The notes: generated from the letters alone by a model not told the origin. A stretch of DNA of 64,000 nt from Nitrospirales bacterium (GCA_965203295.1 CBDBCZ010000019.1:2112001-2176000); one strand, 5' to 3'; numbered from the stretch's first letter, positions 53,731-63,560 are shown. Made by a program: numbers and translations.

Positions 53731-55830
53731 CTAGAACATGATATACAAGAACCCGGTAGCCAAAACCAACCAAAAGATCATCACGAGTAATTGATGTTGG
53801 AGAGTACGAGTCTCTGTTTCCTGTAATAATTGCCCTGCTGCATCACCCTGTTTTCCCACCTGATCGACCTTTTGTTCCAACCAGCCTATATCCACGACTT
53901 GCCACAGCCAACGCCCAATCCCCACACTCTGTTCTCCAATGCCCATCACGACTCGATCAATGCCTTTAATATCAACAACCCTCCACAAGCACCGCGCTAA
54001 TAAGACAGAATACGAAGCGATTGAATGAATGAATCGATCAACCACATTCATATCAATAATACGCCAGAGCCAATGAGCAAACCGAATGGTGGGATTCACA
54101 AGATAGGCATCGTAGATTTCGTCAAAATAGAATTTATTCCAGAATAAAACATACAGCCAGGTCTTCTTGCGTTCTGATCCTGCGACCTGCTGTCTAGGTA
54201 GAGTCTTCGTTGTATAGGCAAAGGCCCATCCGGCAATAGCCACGCCGAGAGCGATGAAGAGCCAAACTGGAAATCCAGTATCCACGGGTCCGTCGCCCAT
54301 TGAAATGCCCGAGAGGCTCAACGCCGGCGCAAGGAAGTTTGCAAACCAACTCCAAAACAGGGTCATGACGATACCCACGATAAGTGTCGCCACAAGCAGA
54401 CCCCTCAATATCGAACCATTGACAAAACTTGGTTGAATGGATGGCGTTTCCGAACAATATAGCCCCGAAGCCGGCCAGTACGTCTTTGGGCCATGTACGA
54501 ATAACGACGTGACGCCACGAAAAATATACATGGAAGCCACAAAGACTGTGATTAAGCCAATGATCTTAAACCCGACTGCGGCAGAGGCAAATCCCGTGAC
54601 TACCCATAAATACTCATACGATCCTGAAAACAACACCAACGGCGGGATCAAGGCCAATAAGAACGCCCCACCATGTAAAACTCCCAAACCTTGAGGCGCG
54701 TGGTGTTCATTCGGACGGTGCGCATGAGCTGGGTCGACGGATCGAAGCGCATTACCCGTGGAAAGAAAGAAGAAGGCTTTATAACATCCATGGGCAAGCA
54801 GGTGAAAAATCGCCACCACAAACGCACCCAAACCACAGGTCATAATCATGAAGCCAATTTGACTGATCGTGGAATACGCCAAAATCTTTTTAATGTCGGA
54901 CTGGGTTAAGGAAACGATACCAGCAAACACGGCTGTTGCTGCTCCGATAATCGCAATGAACCCCATAGCGAACGGAGAAAGGACGATTAAGGGACTCATT
55001 CGCACCAACAGGAAGGGACCAGCATTCACCATGGTCGCAGCATGAATCAACGCTGACACAGGAGTGGGAGCTTCCATGGCAAAAGGCAACCAGACATGAA
55101 ACGGCATTTGTGCGGACTTGCCCATCGCCCCCATGAATAAAAAGAACGGAATGAGAGTCACCGGATAGATGTGAAGGTCCAATCCCATCCATCCTAAGAT
55201 ATTAATCGTACGATCTTGCATGCTTTCGGCCTGAGCGAGAATTGTCTGGATGTCAAGCGTGCCAAACGTATAAAAGGTCAAGATAATCCCGAAACTGAAA
55301 CCCACGTCTGCCACCGCGTTGACTAAAAAAGCTTTGGTCGCAGCGCTGCAGGCCGACTTTCTTTGTGCCGCGTGAGCGATCAAGAGGTACGAACAGAGGC
55401 CCATGACCTCCCAACTGACGAGTAGCATCAAGAGGTTACCACTCATGACTAATAACATCATAGAAAAGGTAAACAACGCGATCACCACAAAGAAGCGGTT
55501 GTATCGCGGGTCCCCGATCATGTAACGAGAGGAATACACATGCACGATACTGCTCACTCCCGTGACCAAAAGCAAAAGCAGAACCGTAAGCTGATCAACA
55601 AAGAGACTTAAATCGATTGTCAGGGATCCTGACTGAAAGAGACGATAGAGTGAAATCGTAAAAGGTCCGTTCCTCATCACTTCGAGGAAGGCGAAGACGG
55701 ATAAACCGAACGAGAGGCCTATGGCCGGAATCCCGATTCGGTGACTCTGTTCACCCCAACGTCGTCCTCCGAGGGAAAGGATGAGAGAGGCCAAGAGTGG
55801 CAGGAGGGGGATCAGAACAAAAACAGCCAT
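53731..55830 (-). CDS. NuoL/DabB/MpsA-like antiporter-type subunit with an extended lateral helix
   Basis: WEVMGLCSY, GKSAQMPFHVWLP.AMEAPTPVSALIHA and AHGCYKA motifs; in a cluster with DUF2309. Confidence 0.85.
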   Translation of the reverse strand: MAVFVLIPLLPLLASLILSLGGRRWGEQSHRIGIPAIGLSFGLSVFAFLEVMRNGPFTISLYRLFQSGSLTIDLSLFVDQLTVLLLLLVTGVSSIVHVYSSRYMIGDPRYNRFFVVIALFTFSMMLLVMSGNLLMLLVSWEVMGLCSYLLIAHAAQRKSACSAATKAFLVNAVADVGFSFGIILTFYTFGTLDIQTILAQAESMQDRTINILGWMGLDLHIYPVTLIPFFLFMGAMGKSAQMPFHVWLPFAMEAPTPVSALIHAATMVNAGPFLLVRMSPLIVLSPFAMGFIAIIGAATAVFAGIVSLTQSDIKKILAYSTISQIGFMIMTCGLGAFVVAIFHLLAHGCYKAFFFLSTGNALRSVDPAHAHRPNEHHAPQGLGVLHGGAFLLALIPPLVLFSGSYEYLWVVTGFASAAVGFKIIGLITVFVASMYIFRGVTSLFVHGPKTYWPASGLYCSETPSIQPSFVNGSILRGLLVATLIVGIVMTLFWSWFANFLAPALSLSGISMGDGPVDTGFPVWLFIALGVAIAGWAFAYTTKTLPRQQVAGSERKKTWLYVLFWNKFYFDEIYDAYLVNPTIRFAHWLWRIIDMNVVDRFIHSIASYSVLLARCLWRVVDIKGIDRVVMGIGEQSVGIGRWLWQVVDIGWLEQKVDQVGKQGDAAGQLLQETETRTLQHQLLVMIFWLVLATGFLYIMF

Positions 55831-55838
55831 GGATTCCC

Positions 55839-57308
55839 TCAAAGACTTGGCGGAAGGGCCTGGTTCAATAACAGCTGGACGATGGGATCACTCAAAAGAC
55901 CAAGGATCACTACAGCGGCGGACGTTCCCCCCACACTCAGTTTAAAGGAGAGGGGAATTTCACTTGGGAGAATATCTGATGGAATGGTTGTCTGGCGAAA
56001 GACGCCCTCAAACAATTTGACGAAATATGCGAGTGTCAGCAGAGTCGACAGCAAGACCGCGGCCACGGCAACATAGTTATGCGCCTCGAGCGCCCCCAGA
56101 ATGATGTACCACTTTCCGAAAAATCCTCCTGTCGGAGGAAGGCCGACCATGCCCAAAGCCACAACAATCAGGGACCCGGTGAGCCAGGGGGCCTGTTTTC
56201 CAATTCGTCCGATGTCTTCGACCGTTCGAACGCCATACTGGCAAATGGCGACTCCTGCTACAAAAAACAAGGCCGCTTGCATAACGGCATCGTTCAGTAA
56301 ATAAAAGATTCCTCCCACAAATCCAGTCTGATTTCCCTGGCTCACGCCAATGAGGATTATGCCAATGTGGGAAATTCCTCCATAGGCAAATATCATCTTG
56401 ATATCCCGTTGAGCCAAAGCGAGAACCGCACTTATGACGGCTGCAAGTGTTCCAAGCACTCCCACGAGTAAGAGTACCGGGATATCGTACACAATCACTT
56501 TGGCACCCAGAATCCAATAAATAATTCGAACCCACCCTAATAACGCCACTTTGGTAACCAAAGCCGCTAAAATCGGAGAAATGGATTCGGGGGCATGCGT
56601 ATACGCATCCGGCAACCATGCATGAAATGGGACCAAGGCCATTTTTATTCCCAATCCAATGAACATGAAGAGCAGTCCACCAACAACGGCTTTGGAGGTC
56701 AATAAATCTGGAAGCTTTTCAGCCATATCCGCCATATTGAGTGTACCGCTGGCAGCGTAGAAATAACTTACTCCCAATAAATAGAGAGAGGCACCTAGCG
56801 TTCCCAACACAAGATAGCGAAAGGCAGCAAACAAGGCTCTCCCCCCGGCAACCCCCACGAGAGCATAACTGGAAATGGCTGCCACTTCTAAAAAGACGAA
56901 TAGATTGAATAAATCTCCAGCAAAGACAATTCCAGTGAGAGCCGAAACCAGGAGCAAGATCAAGACATAATAATGAACGATTCGTCCACCTAGATCCTTT
57001 GGGGAGGTTGGTCCGGCAAACACCAACGCCAACAAACCAAGAAGACTCAACGCCACGAGGATCACACTCGCCAATCCATCAGCGACCCACTCAATGCCTA
57101 ATGGAGGGGCCCATCCACTAAAGGCATAGCGCACTTCTCCATGATTGATGATACTGAAGACATTCAGTATGGAGACCACGACCATGGCGCCAAGCACAAC
57201 TAGGGATATGGGCCGACTCCATTGGCGGTGTTTCAGGCAGACCACAGGCATGGAAATGGCCGCAAACAAAGGGAGAAGAAAGAGAATGGCTGGGTAGTGG
57301 TGTCTCAT
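55839..57308 (-). CDS. mrpD: Mrp/Mnh antiporter subunit D family
   Basis: DLFNLFVFLE, IKMALVPFHAWLPDAY and GLPPTGGFFGKW motifs. Confidence 0.88.
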   Translation of the reverse strand: MRHHYPAILFLLPLFAAISMPVVCLKHRQWSRPISLVVLGAMVVVSILNVFSIINHGEVRYAFSGWAPPLGIEWVADGLASVILVALSLLGLLALVFAGPTSPKDLGGRIVHYYVLILLLVSALTGIVFAGDLFNLFVFLEVAAISSYALVGVAGGRALFAAFRYLVLGTLGASLYLLGVSYFYAASGTLNMADMAEKLPDLLTSKAVVGGLLFMFIGLGIKMALVPFHAWLPDAYTHAPESISPILAALVTKVALLGWVRIIYWILGAKVIVYDIPVLLLVGVLGTLAAVISAVLALAQRDIKMIFAYGGISHIGIILIGVSQGNQTGFVGGIFYLLNDAVMQAALFFVAGVAICQYGVRTVEDIGRIGKQAPWLTGSLIVVALGMVGLPPTGGFFGKWYIILGALEAHNYVAVAAVLLSTLLTLAYFVKLFEGVFRQTTIPSDILPSEIPLSFKLSVGGTSAAVVILGLLSDPIVQLLLNQALPPSL

Positions 57309-57685
57309 TCCCTTAATCGATTCAAAATTTCTTCTTCATCAAGACTTCCGTATCGACGATAGATCGCAGCACACAAAGCCAAGGCCACACCGAGTGTGGC
57401 CACACCAACCACAATAGCCGTCAACGTCAACACATGTGGTAACGGATTGGTATAGTTGGCGACCTGCACAGGATCGGTCGTTGACAACAGGACAGGAGGC
57501 GTCGCCTCTTGCTTCGCGCTAATAGACACGAGAAAAAAAATAACGCTGGTTTGAACCAGGTACAAGCCAACAAGTTTCTTGACGAGGTTGTATCGCGTGA
57601 CCATGATATAAAAGCCCCAAAGAAAAATGATGACAAATGTGAGGAAGTTGGGACGTTGGAACACCGCGATAAAGAGATCAACCAT
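57305..57685 (-). CDS. mrpC: Mrp/Mnh antiporter subunit C
   Basis: NPLPHVLTLTAIVVG motif. Confidence 0.88.
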   Translation of the reverse strand: MVDLFIAVFQRPNFLTFVIIFLWGFYIMVTRYNLVKKLVGLYLVQTSVIFFLVSISAKQEATPPVLLSTTDPVQVANYTNPLPHVLTLTAIVVGVATLGVALALCAAIYRRYGSLDEEEILNRLRE

Positions 57686-58130
57686 TCAGCGAATCCTCAA
57701 TGATCTCTTCCTCAGAGAGACTAAACACAATAGACACAGCGGTGACAGCCACGTCCACTGCGACACCGATTTGTGTCAACACGATTCCCAATGATCGGCG
57801 TGATGCTGTCTCAAGACCGGGAATTTCCAAATTGGCATAGTTGAGAAATTCCCCACCTCCGATCATACAGAGACCTCCCACTCCGGCATAGATCAACATT
57901 CCCACCCCGTCTCCATGCAAGACTTTTTTGGCAACCTGACTCCGTGAGGCATCATGCCCAAACGCCAGAACAGATAAAATCATACTGGTTCCTAAGATCA
58001 CCCCTCCGACAAATCCACCACCAGGTCCGTATTGCCCAAAAAACAACACATACAGCCCAAAGATTTGCATGACCGGGATCAGAAACCGTCCTAAGGTCTG
58101 AACGATGATACTATCATGAGGTCGAATCAT
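57678..58130 (-). CDS. mrpB: Mrp/Mnh antiporter subunit B (MnhB domain)
   Basis: GPGGGFVGG motif. Confidence 0.85.
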   Translation of the reverse strand: MIRPHDSIIVQTLGRFLIPVMQIFGLYVLFFGQYGPGGGFVGGVILGTSMILSVLAFGHDASRSQVAKKVLHGDGVGMLIYAGVGGLCMIGGGEFLNYANLEIPGLETASRRSLGIVLTQIGVAVDVAVTAVSIVFSLSEEEIIEDSLNG

Positions 58131-58657
58131 GAGGTTTGTCTCCGCAACAAAAGAGCGCAGGCAATACCGGCTGTAAAAATCACCACCGTTTCCACCATAG
58201 TATCGAGGGAGCGATAATCCATCAGCACTGAGGTCACCACGTTCGGCGTACGGGTATCCTCGTAACTCCGTTCAAGATACGTCGGCGAAATGTGAACACT
58301 TGGAGGAGAATTTGGATCTCCGAACTCTGGAAGATCCTTGGCCGCATACAGCAAGAGAACTCCAAAAAGAGGAAGAGCTACTAGAGCAGCCATGGGAGGC
58401 GGCGGTCGCTGGAGACGACTGTCTTTTGGAGCCGTTCCAAACAAGGTGAGTAAAAAAAGAACTGTCGCTAACCCTGCGCCCACCACCGCTTCTACAAACG
58501 CGACATCCACTGCCCCCAACCCTGCCCATACCATGGCTAAGAAAAAACTGTACGATCCTAACAGTAAGATCGCGCTCATCAGATCCTTGACTAGGATGGC
58601 GCCGGCGGCGGTCACAAGGAGAAGAATCAGGAGAGGAATTTCATACGCAAAGATCAT
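58127..58657 (-). CDS. DUF4040/MbhD-E-like subunit (C-terminal MrpA homologue)
   Basis: AVDVAFVEAVVGAG and NVVTSVLMDYRSLDTMVE motifs. Confidence 0.85.
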   Translation of the reverse strand: MIFAYEIPLLILLLVTAAGAILVKDLMSAILLLGSYSFFLAMVWAGLGAVDVAFVEAVVGAGLATVLFLLTLFGTAPKDSRLQRPPPPMAALVALPLFGVLLLYAAKDLPEFGDPNSPPSVHISPTYLERSYEDTRTPNVVTSVLMDYRSLDTMVETVVIFTAGIACALLLRRQTS

Positions 58658-58953
58658 GTGACTTCCCTTTTCCAAGGCTTTAATCCTGACCGTAGCGCCG
58701 CACGGACGGTTGCGTGTCCGATGACCGGGTTTTGAATATAGAGTAATGCCAATACAGCGAGGATTTTTAGCATATTCTTACCGAGCCCCTCATGGAATGC
58801 AATACCCACTAACATCAGAAAGGCACCCAAGGAGTCCGTGAGCGAAACAGCATGAGAACGACTAAAGACATCGGGCAGCCGTATCACGCCAATAGCTGCA
58901 ACAATCAGAAAAAAGAATCCTGCTAGAATAAAGATAACTGAAAAAAGTTCCAT
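58654..58953 (-). CDS. mrpG: Mrp/Mnh antiporter subunit G
   Basis: GVIRLPDVFSRSHA and NPVIGHA motifs. Confidence 0.88.
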   Translation of the reverse strand: MELFSVIFILAGFFFLIVAAIGVIRLPDVFSRSHAVSLTDSLGAFLMLVGIAFHEGLGKNMLKILAVLALLYIQNPVIGHATVRAALRSGLKPWKREVT

Positions 58954-58954
58954 G

Positions 58955-59221
58955 CTATGGGAGTCCTTTTTGCTCCAGATATTTGGCGACTGCCAGCGCC
59001 CCGACCAGATTTAGCAACGCATACCCTGTTGAAATATCCACGAACATGTCCACTCGTTCAAAGTAGATGCCAATCAGCACGAGTAAAACAATCGCCTTGG
59101 TGGAGATGCCATTGAGGCCTAACGCACGATCAAAAATCGTGGGCCCTTGAAGCACACGGTACAGATACGCACCAATGAGAATAGCCAGTAGAATTAAAAC
59201 GCAGAGAAGAAATATTTTCAT
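58955..59221 (-). CDS. mrpF: Mrp/Mnh antiporter subunit F
   Basis: RVLQGPTIFDR motif; three TM helices. Confidence 0.88.
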   Translation of the reverse strand: MKIFLLCVLILLAILIGAYLYRVLQGPTIFDRALGLNGISTKAIVLLVLIGIYFERVDMFVDISTGYALLNLVGALAVAKYLEQKGLP

Positions 59222-59736
59222 AAGTCCGGCTCTTCTTCCTTGAAAATTTCAGCAATTTTCGATTCGATTTGTTTTCCGGTGACATCCTCCGCTGATACCT
59301 CATCCATAGCGTGAACAATAAGTTTATTTCGATCGACTGCTGCCGTAATCGTTCCAGGAGTCAAGGTAATGGAATTGCCAAGGAGCACCACCGCTGCATG
59401 ATGATTTAACGTCGACTCAACATGGATTAGCCTAGGATCAATAGGAAGCGCGGGATGAAGAATGAGTTTGGTTAAATGAAGACTACTTTGAACGATTTTG
59501 ACAAACAGCCAAGGTACATACAGGAGGATGTTGCCCCAAAGTCGAAATTTAGGAACAAAGGGGGAATGGCCAGAGTTGATCCAAGCCACGGTAAAGGAAA
59601 GGATCAATCCCAATCCAAGATGGATCCAATTGAAACTTGCAGACAACATCACCCACAACACAAATAATGCGATGGCTTTCAGGGCTAAGAATTTGAAAGA
59701 GATTGGTCTTGGTCTAGGTCCGATCATACGGTACAT
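59218..59736 (-). CDS. mrpE: Mrp/Mnh antiporter subunit E
   Basis: LGNSITLTPGT and LIVHA motifs. Confidence 0.9.
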   Translation of the reverse strand: MYRMIGPRPRPISFKFLALKAIALFVLWVMLSASFNWIHLGLGLILSFTVAWINSGHSPFVPKFRLWGNILLYVPWLFVKIVQSSLHLTKLILHPALPIDPRLIHVESTLNHHAAVVLLGNSITLTPGTITAAVDRNKLIVHAMDEVSAEDVTGKQIESKIAEIFKEEEPDL

Positions 59737-59777
59737 TTTTGTCTATGGAGAATCAAATTGGCTCGATCTTTCCCCCC

Positions 59778-59828
59778 AAAAAAAACCAACCGGATGCTTC
59801 GAATCAATCATTCGAACAGCTTCTGGTT
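59778..59828 (-). terminator. Intrinsic terminator-like hairpin plus U8, just upstream of mrpE
   Basis: Minus strand AACCAGAAGCTGTTCGAAT-GATTG-ATTCGAAGCATCCGGTT then GG and TTTTTTTT. Confidence 0.65.
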
Positions 59829-59971
59829 AGCTTGTACTGTCGCCACCCCTTTGACTTCCGAAGTGGCCATCCTACCGATAAAGTGCCTTACGAGAGCTGT
59901 TGGCCTTGAGTCCTGTTATCTTCGCATCCGTAGGATATGCAACCGGCACCATCATCATACGAATTCGAAAT

Positions 59972-59999
59972 ATTATACCAGGGTCCCTATCTTCCACAA
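59972..59999 (-). promoter_or_regulatory. Putative sigma70 promoter (extended -10)
   Basis: Minus strand TTGTGG-16 nt-TATAAT with TG at the extended -10 position, right after the dabA stop. Confidence 0.5.
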
Positions 60000-60014
60000 T
60001 AGAGTTTAACTGCC

Positions 60015-63000
60015 TTAGGAGCTTATGCATGTAGACTCGTTATGAAGCAACACTTCCCACGTGGCATTGGGGTTATACCGATGAAATACAAACGTGTGGG
60101 GATCCAGTACCACAAGATTGAGCCATTGGTTATGAAACAATTGTTGAAGGATCGCATGCTTTTGAATAATGGACGAGAGCACACTCGGCGTGTGTTCGAT
60201 GATAGCCAGGAGCCGCATGGGCTCGTGATAGTGAATGTCCCCGTTATTCACCGTCTGGAGAGGAAAGCCCATTTGCAAATCACTTTGGCTCCCCAACATC
60301 ATCCCGACACCACCGACCACATTATGTAGGACCTTACTCCCGCTACCATAAACCCACGGATCAACCGCAGAAAAATAGTACCCTGTATTTATCCACTCGC
60401 CGACAATTAAGGGTGCCGTCATAATTTTTTCGAGGATGTCACCTTGAGGATCGGCAAGAGGATCATAAGAATGCAAAAAAACCCGCCCACCTAAATCCAA
60501 TCCTTTGGTCAGTTTTCGTCTTCCAATGAGAAATGCGCCATTGCCAGCCAGCCCCCATTCCGGTCGAAGGTTCGCCCAATCGCAACTGCGCTCGACTACA
60601 TGAGCAAAGGCTTGTTCTGGAGAAATCTCAGTCGGAGCACTAGGAATACGATGGCAGCGCTCAAGAGCTTGATTTGCACCAGCTTCTTCGAGATCTTTGT
60701 TCAACGCGCGTAAATCTTCTCTATGTGTATCAGGTAATTCTTCTAGATCGTAAAACTCGACCCTATCAGTTGTCGTGTTATGTTTCCCTGGAAGAAACCA
60801 GGTATCGTCTGGAATGGGTAATCCTTTTTCTTTGAGGATGCGACGAACTTCAGGTTCGTTCGCCATTGCGGCAAAAACTCTCGCATTCGCGTCCCCCGGA
60901 GCTCCCCCACACGCCCCACAATCGAGTGCACCATAATAGGGATTGTTATCGGTCTCACTACCATGGCCACAGGGGCACACGAGCCGTGCATAATTCTGTG
61001 TGAGACCCATGGCGCGTAATCCGTTTTCGATAAACGTCGCCCGTTCCTCTAGAGAAAATCCTTGAGACAACTCCTCAGGAATCCCATCTGCATTCACCTC
61101 TCCGATTTTGGGCTTTTGAGGATCAGAGGGCGCGGAAATTGAGATCTCGGTCGGCACCCAATACGTGAACCACTTTTCGATAGTTGATGTGATGGCACGA
61201 AATGTTTTTTGGAGTAAGGTTTTGCCCACTAGGCCTAGACTAAAAAAGAAGCCCAACACATCAATCACCATCATTGCCCCAATGGGATGATGCTTCAGGT
61301 CGTGAAACACATGATGCCCCAGTTGGTACCAACGAGTGCCAGAAGAATACTTTTCTAACGCTGATTCCTCTCCAGATCGAGGTGTTTCCGTTACCGCATG
61401 GTTCGGCGTCAGTAACACCGGACACAAGAAGGCACGTTGATCACTATCAAAGGCTAGATGGCTAAGAGGAATGGCAAAAAAACCTGCAAACCCAAATGTT
61501 TCATAGGGGCCTTGGGCTTCAATATGGCGGCGAAATGATTCCGAGCGAACGTCAATACACAATACTAGTTGCGCATGGGGACGAGTTTCTAATTCTGGTA
61601 CCGTTCCGCGATGCGCTGAGATCTTTTTCAGGATTTCTTCTCGAAAAGAATCTTCATAGGCTTCCAGCCAGACCGGACTGTGCTGATCCGAGGGAAAATC
61701 ATTTAGCCACCGCAACAACGTCTGGGCATCAGGAGGTGAAAGGTCGTGAACTTCTATTGGGGACAGTTCAAGAAACTGGGCGAGGTGAAACAGCCGCCAG
61801 GCATCGTGGCAAATCATCTGTTTGGTTTGATCAATGGAATGCCAGCCCTCCCCTATTCGAGTCTGATATTCTTCGGGTCGACCATTCCAATATACGGTCA
61901 GGGCAGAAACCGTTCCATCAATCCCCCATTCTTGCAGACACCAAATTTTGGTCAATTCCACTTCATAGAAAAGACGCACGGCAAGATACTGGGTGGTGTC
62001 AATAGGATGCTTGCGTTGTGCATGATACGCGGAATGTTCCCCGAGCCATCGAATATATCGTGTCCAGCCTGGCAATAATGATAACTGTCTTGAGAGATAA
62101 TCACTCCATTGACCTTGCGGGATACCAAGATTGTGCAATGCCCATACGATAGCATCCTCAGGGTCCTCTGGAAGATCGGCGATTTTTTGAAAAAAGCCTT
62201 TAATCCCTAGAAGTGTTCCTGAGTAATCTTCCTGAACCAACATCCGCCAGGCTCGATAAAAACCTTCTTCTCGCTGAGGCATTTCCCACCCGGCTAAGCC
62301 TTCATCGAGAAACGCGGCCACCCATTTAATGAGTTGGTCGTTGACCTGGTCAACCAGCCCAGCCCCGGCTAAGCAATCGACCCAATCACTGACGGTCCGT
62401 TGTGCTGGCAAGGAAATGGGTTCAGACGGTTGCGAATAGGAACGATCAGATGGGTGTACTGGAGAATGAGAACCAGCCAATCGTAAAGCGGCCAAGGTAC
62501 TCCTCCACAGATTCGCGAGGTAGGCCTCTTCTGGATTCTCTCGACACTGTTCACATTCCTGGATCGTTCGTTCAATGATTCGTTTTCGTGATTCTTCAGA
62601 GAGATTCTGGTGAAACCGTTTCGTCGATCCCTCGTCACTTAGTTCCCACTCAAGTAGAGATGGTTGGAGCTCTTCAAAACCAACCAACAGGTGCACATGC
62701 CAGACATCAAGTGTTGTAATCTGACGATCCCCAAGCCGGATGGATACGTATTTTTCTTGACGTGGACCAACTCGCTTAAAAGCTCGCTCAAGGCTTTCCG
62801 GTGTAATGCGACCATCCCGATAAAATTGCTGATACTCTTCATTAGCCAGATAGCCATTTCCCCCAAGGAGGTGTTTGCCTTTTCGAACAGCCTGGTCAAA
62901 CGGTAGATATTCCAACCCATGAATAGGATTTTGCGCCACCATGGTTCTCATGGGCCAAAATGGTGCAATCGGTTCGTTCGCCTTTTCTATAGCATGGCGG

Positions 63001-63062
63001 AGATGCTCTCGCTCCCCAGGGGATAACCCCTTGTGCCGTAGCGGTGTCGATTCAGAAGGCAT
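60015..63062 (-). CDS. dabA: DabA/MpsB (DUF2309) inorganic carbon transporter subunit, beta-carbonic-anhydrase-like
   Basis: APFWP...AQNP, CIDVRSE, GFAGFF, CGHGS, LDCGACGG, RPEWGLAGN and HEPMRL motifs; the Cys/Asp/His/Cys Zn ligands are present. Confidence 0.92.
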   Translation of the reverse strand: MPSESTPLRHKGLSPGEREHLRHAIEKANEPIAPFWPMRTMVAQNPIHGLEYLPFDQAVRKGKHLLGGNGYLANEEYQQFYRDGRITPESLERAFKRVGPRQEKYVSIRLGDRQITTLDVWHVHLLVGFEELQPSLLEWELSDEGSTKRFHQNLSEESRKRIIERTIQECEQCRENPEEAYLANLWRSTLAALRLAGSHSPVHPSDRSYSQPSEPISLPAQRTVSDWVDCLAGAGLVDQVNDQLIKWVAAFLDEGLAGWEMPQREEGFYRAWRMLVQEDYSGTLLGIKGFFQKIADLPEDPEDAIVWALHNLGIPQGQWSDYLSRQLSLLPGWTRYIRWLGEHSAYHAQRKHPIDTTQYLAVRLFYEVELTKIWCLQEWGIDGTVSALTVYWNGRPEEYQTRIGEGWHSIDQTKQMICHDAWRLFHLAQFLELSPIEVHDLSPPDAQTLLRWLNDFPSDQHSPVWLEAYEDSFREEILKKISAHRGTVPELETRPHAQLVLCIDVRSESFRRHIEAQGPYETFGFAGFFAIPLSHLAFDSDQRAFLCPVLLTPNHAVTETPRSGEESALEKYSSGTRWYQLGHHVFHDLKHHPIGAMMVIDVLGFFFSLGLVGKTLLQKTFRAITSTIEKWFTYWVPTEISISAPSDPQKPKIGEVNADGIPEELSQGFSLEERATFIENGLRAMGLTQNYARLVCPCGHGSETDNNPYYGALDCGACGGAPGDANARVFAAMANEPEVRRILKEKGLPIPDDTWFLPGKHNTTTDRVEFYDLEELPDTHREDLRALNKDLEEAGANQALERCHRIPSAPTEISPEQAFAHVVERSCDWANLRPEWGLAGNGAFLIGRRKLTKGLDLGGRVFLHSYDPLADPQGDILEKIMTAPLIVGEWINTGYYFSAVDPWVYGSGSKVLHNVVGGVGMMLGSQSDLQMGFPLQTVNNGDIHYHEPMRLLAIIEHTPSVLSSIIQKHAILQQLFHNQWLNLVVLDPHTFVFHRYNPNATWEVLLHNESTCISS

Positions 63063-63153
63063 GCGTTTTCCTATTTTTCCTGCAATTGTTCCAGACTACC
63101 AATCTCTTTTAATTCCACCTCAACCTCTATATTTTTGGGATTCCGAGCGCCTC

Positions 63154-63525
63154 ATGAAAAACGGACGAACGAAAGGTGAAGCGGAGACGGCCATTCGCAA
63201 TGCGGTCATCAAATTTGAGCAAGAGTTCATGGGCCGGGGGCCCAGCGATGTCAGAGCCTTCATTCTACGAGATCTTGTTCTTGTGCGATTGAAAGGAGTT
63301 CTCACTCCTGCAGAACGCCAATTGGCAAAAAGCCCTGATGGGGTCGAAATGGTAAAAGCCATGCGTCAAAATCTCATTTCACAAGGTCGGGAGAAACTTT
63401 CCCAGCAACTGAGTGAAATCACTGGAGCGACGATCTCGGGACTCTTCACTGATATCGACACCCAAATTGGGGAACGGGTGATTGTGTTCTCCCTTGACCA
63501 GGACTTGGAAGCCAATCTTCAATAA
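63154..63525 (+). CDS. DUF2294 / MpsC family protein
   Basis: TKGEAE..I...EQEFMGRGP, LKGVLTPAE..L and DIDTQIGERVIVF motifs. Confidence 0.85.
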   Translation: MKNGRTKGEAETAIRNAVIKFEQEFMGRGPSDVRAFILRDLVLVRLKGVLTPAERQLAKSPDGVEMVKAMRQNLISQGREKLSQQLSEITGATISGLFTDIDTQIGERVIVFSLDQDLEANLQ

Positions 63526-63560
63526 CCCTTTATCCTCCCGAATTCTCCGATCAGGTTTCG

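Noticed and set aside
52138..59736. Interpretation as respiratory complex I or a membrane hydrogenase
   Set aside because: No NuoA/B/C/D/H/I/J/K or NiFe subunits in the cluster; the small subunits are Mrp-type.
62941..63153. N-terminal extension of the DUF2294 ORF
   Set aside because: It overlaps dabA antisense; the domain starts at MKNGRTKGE (63154).
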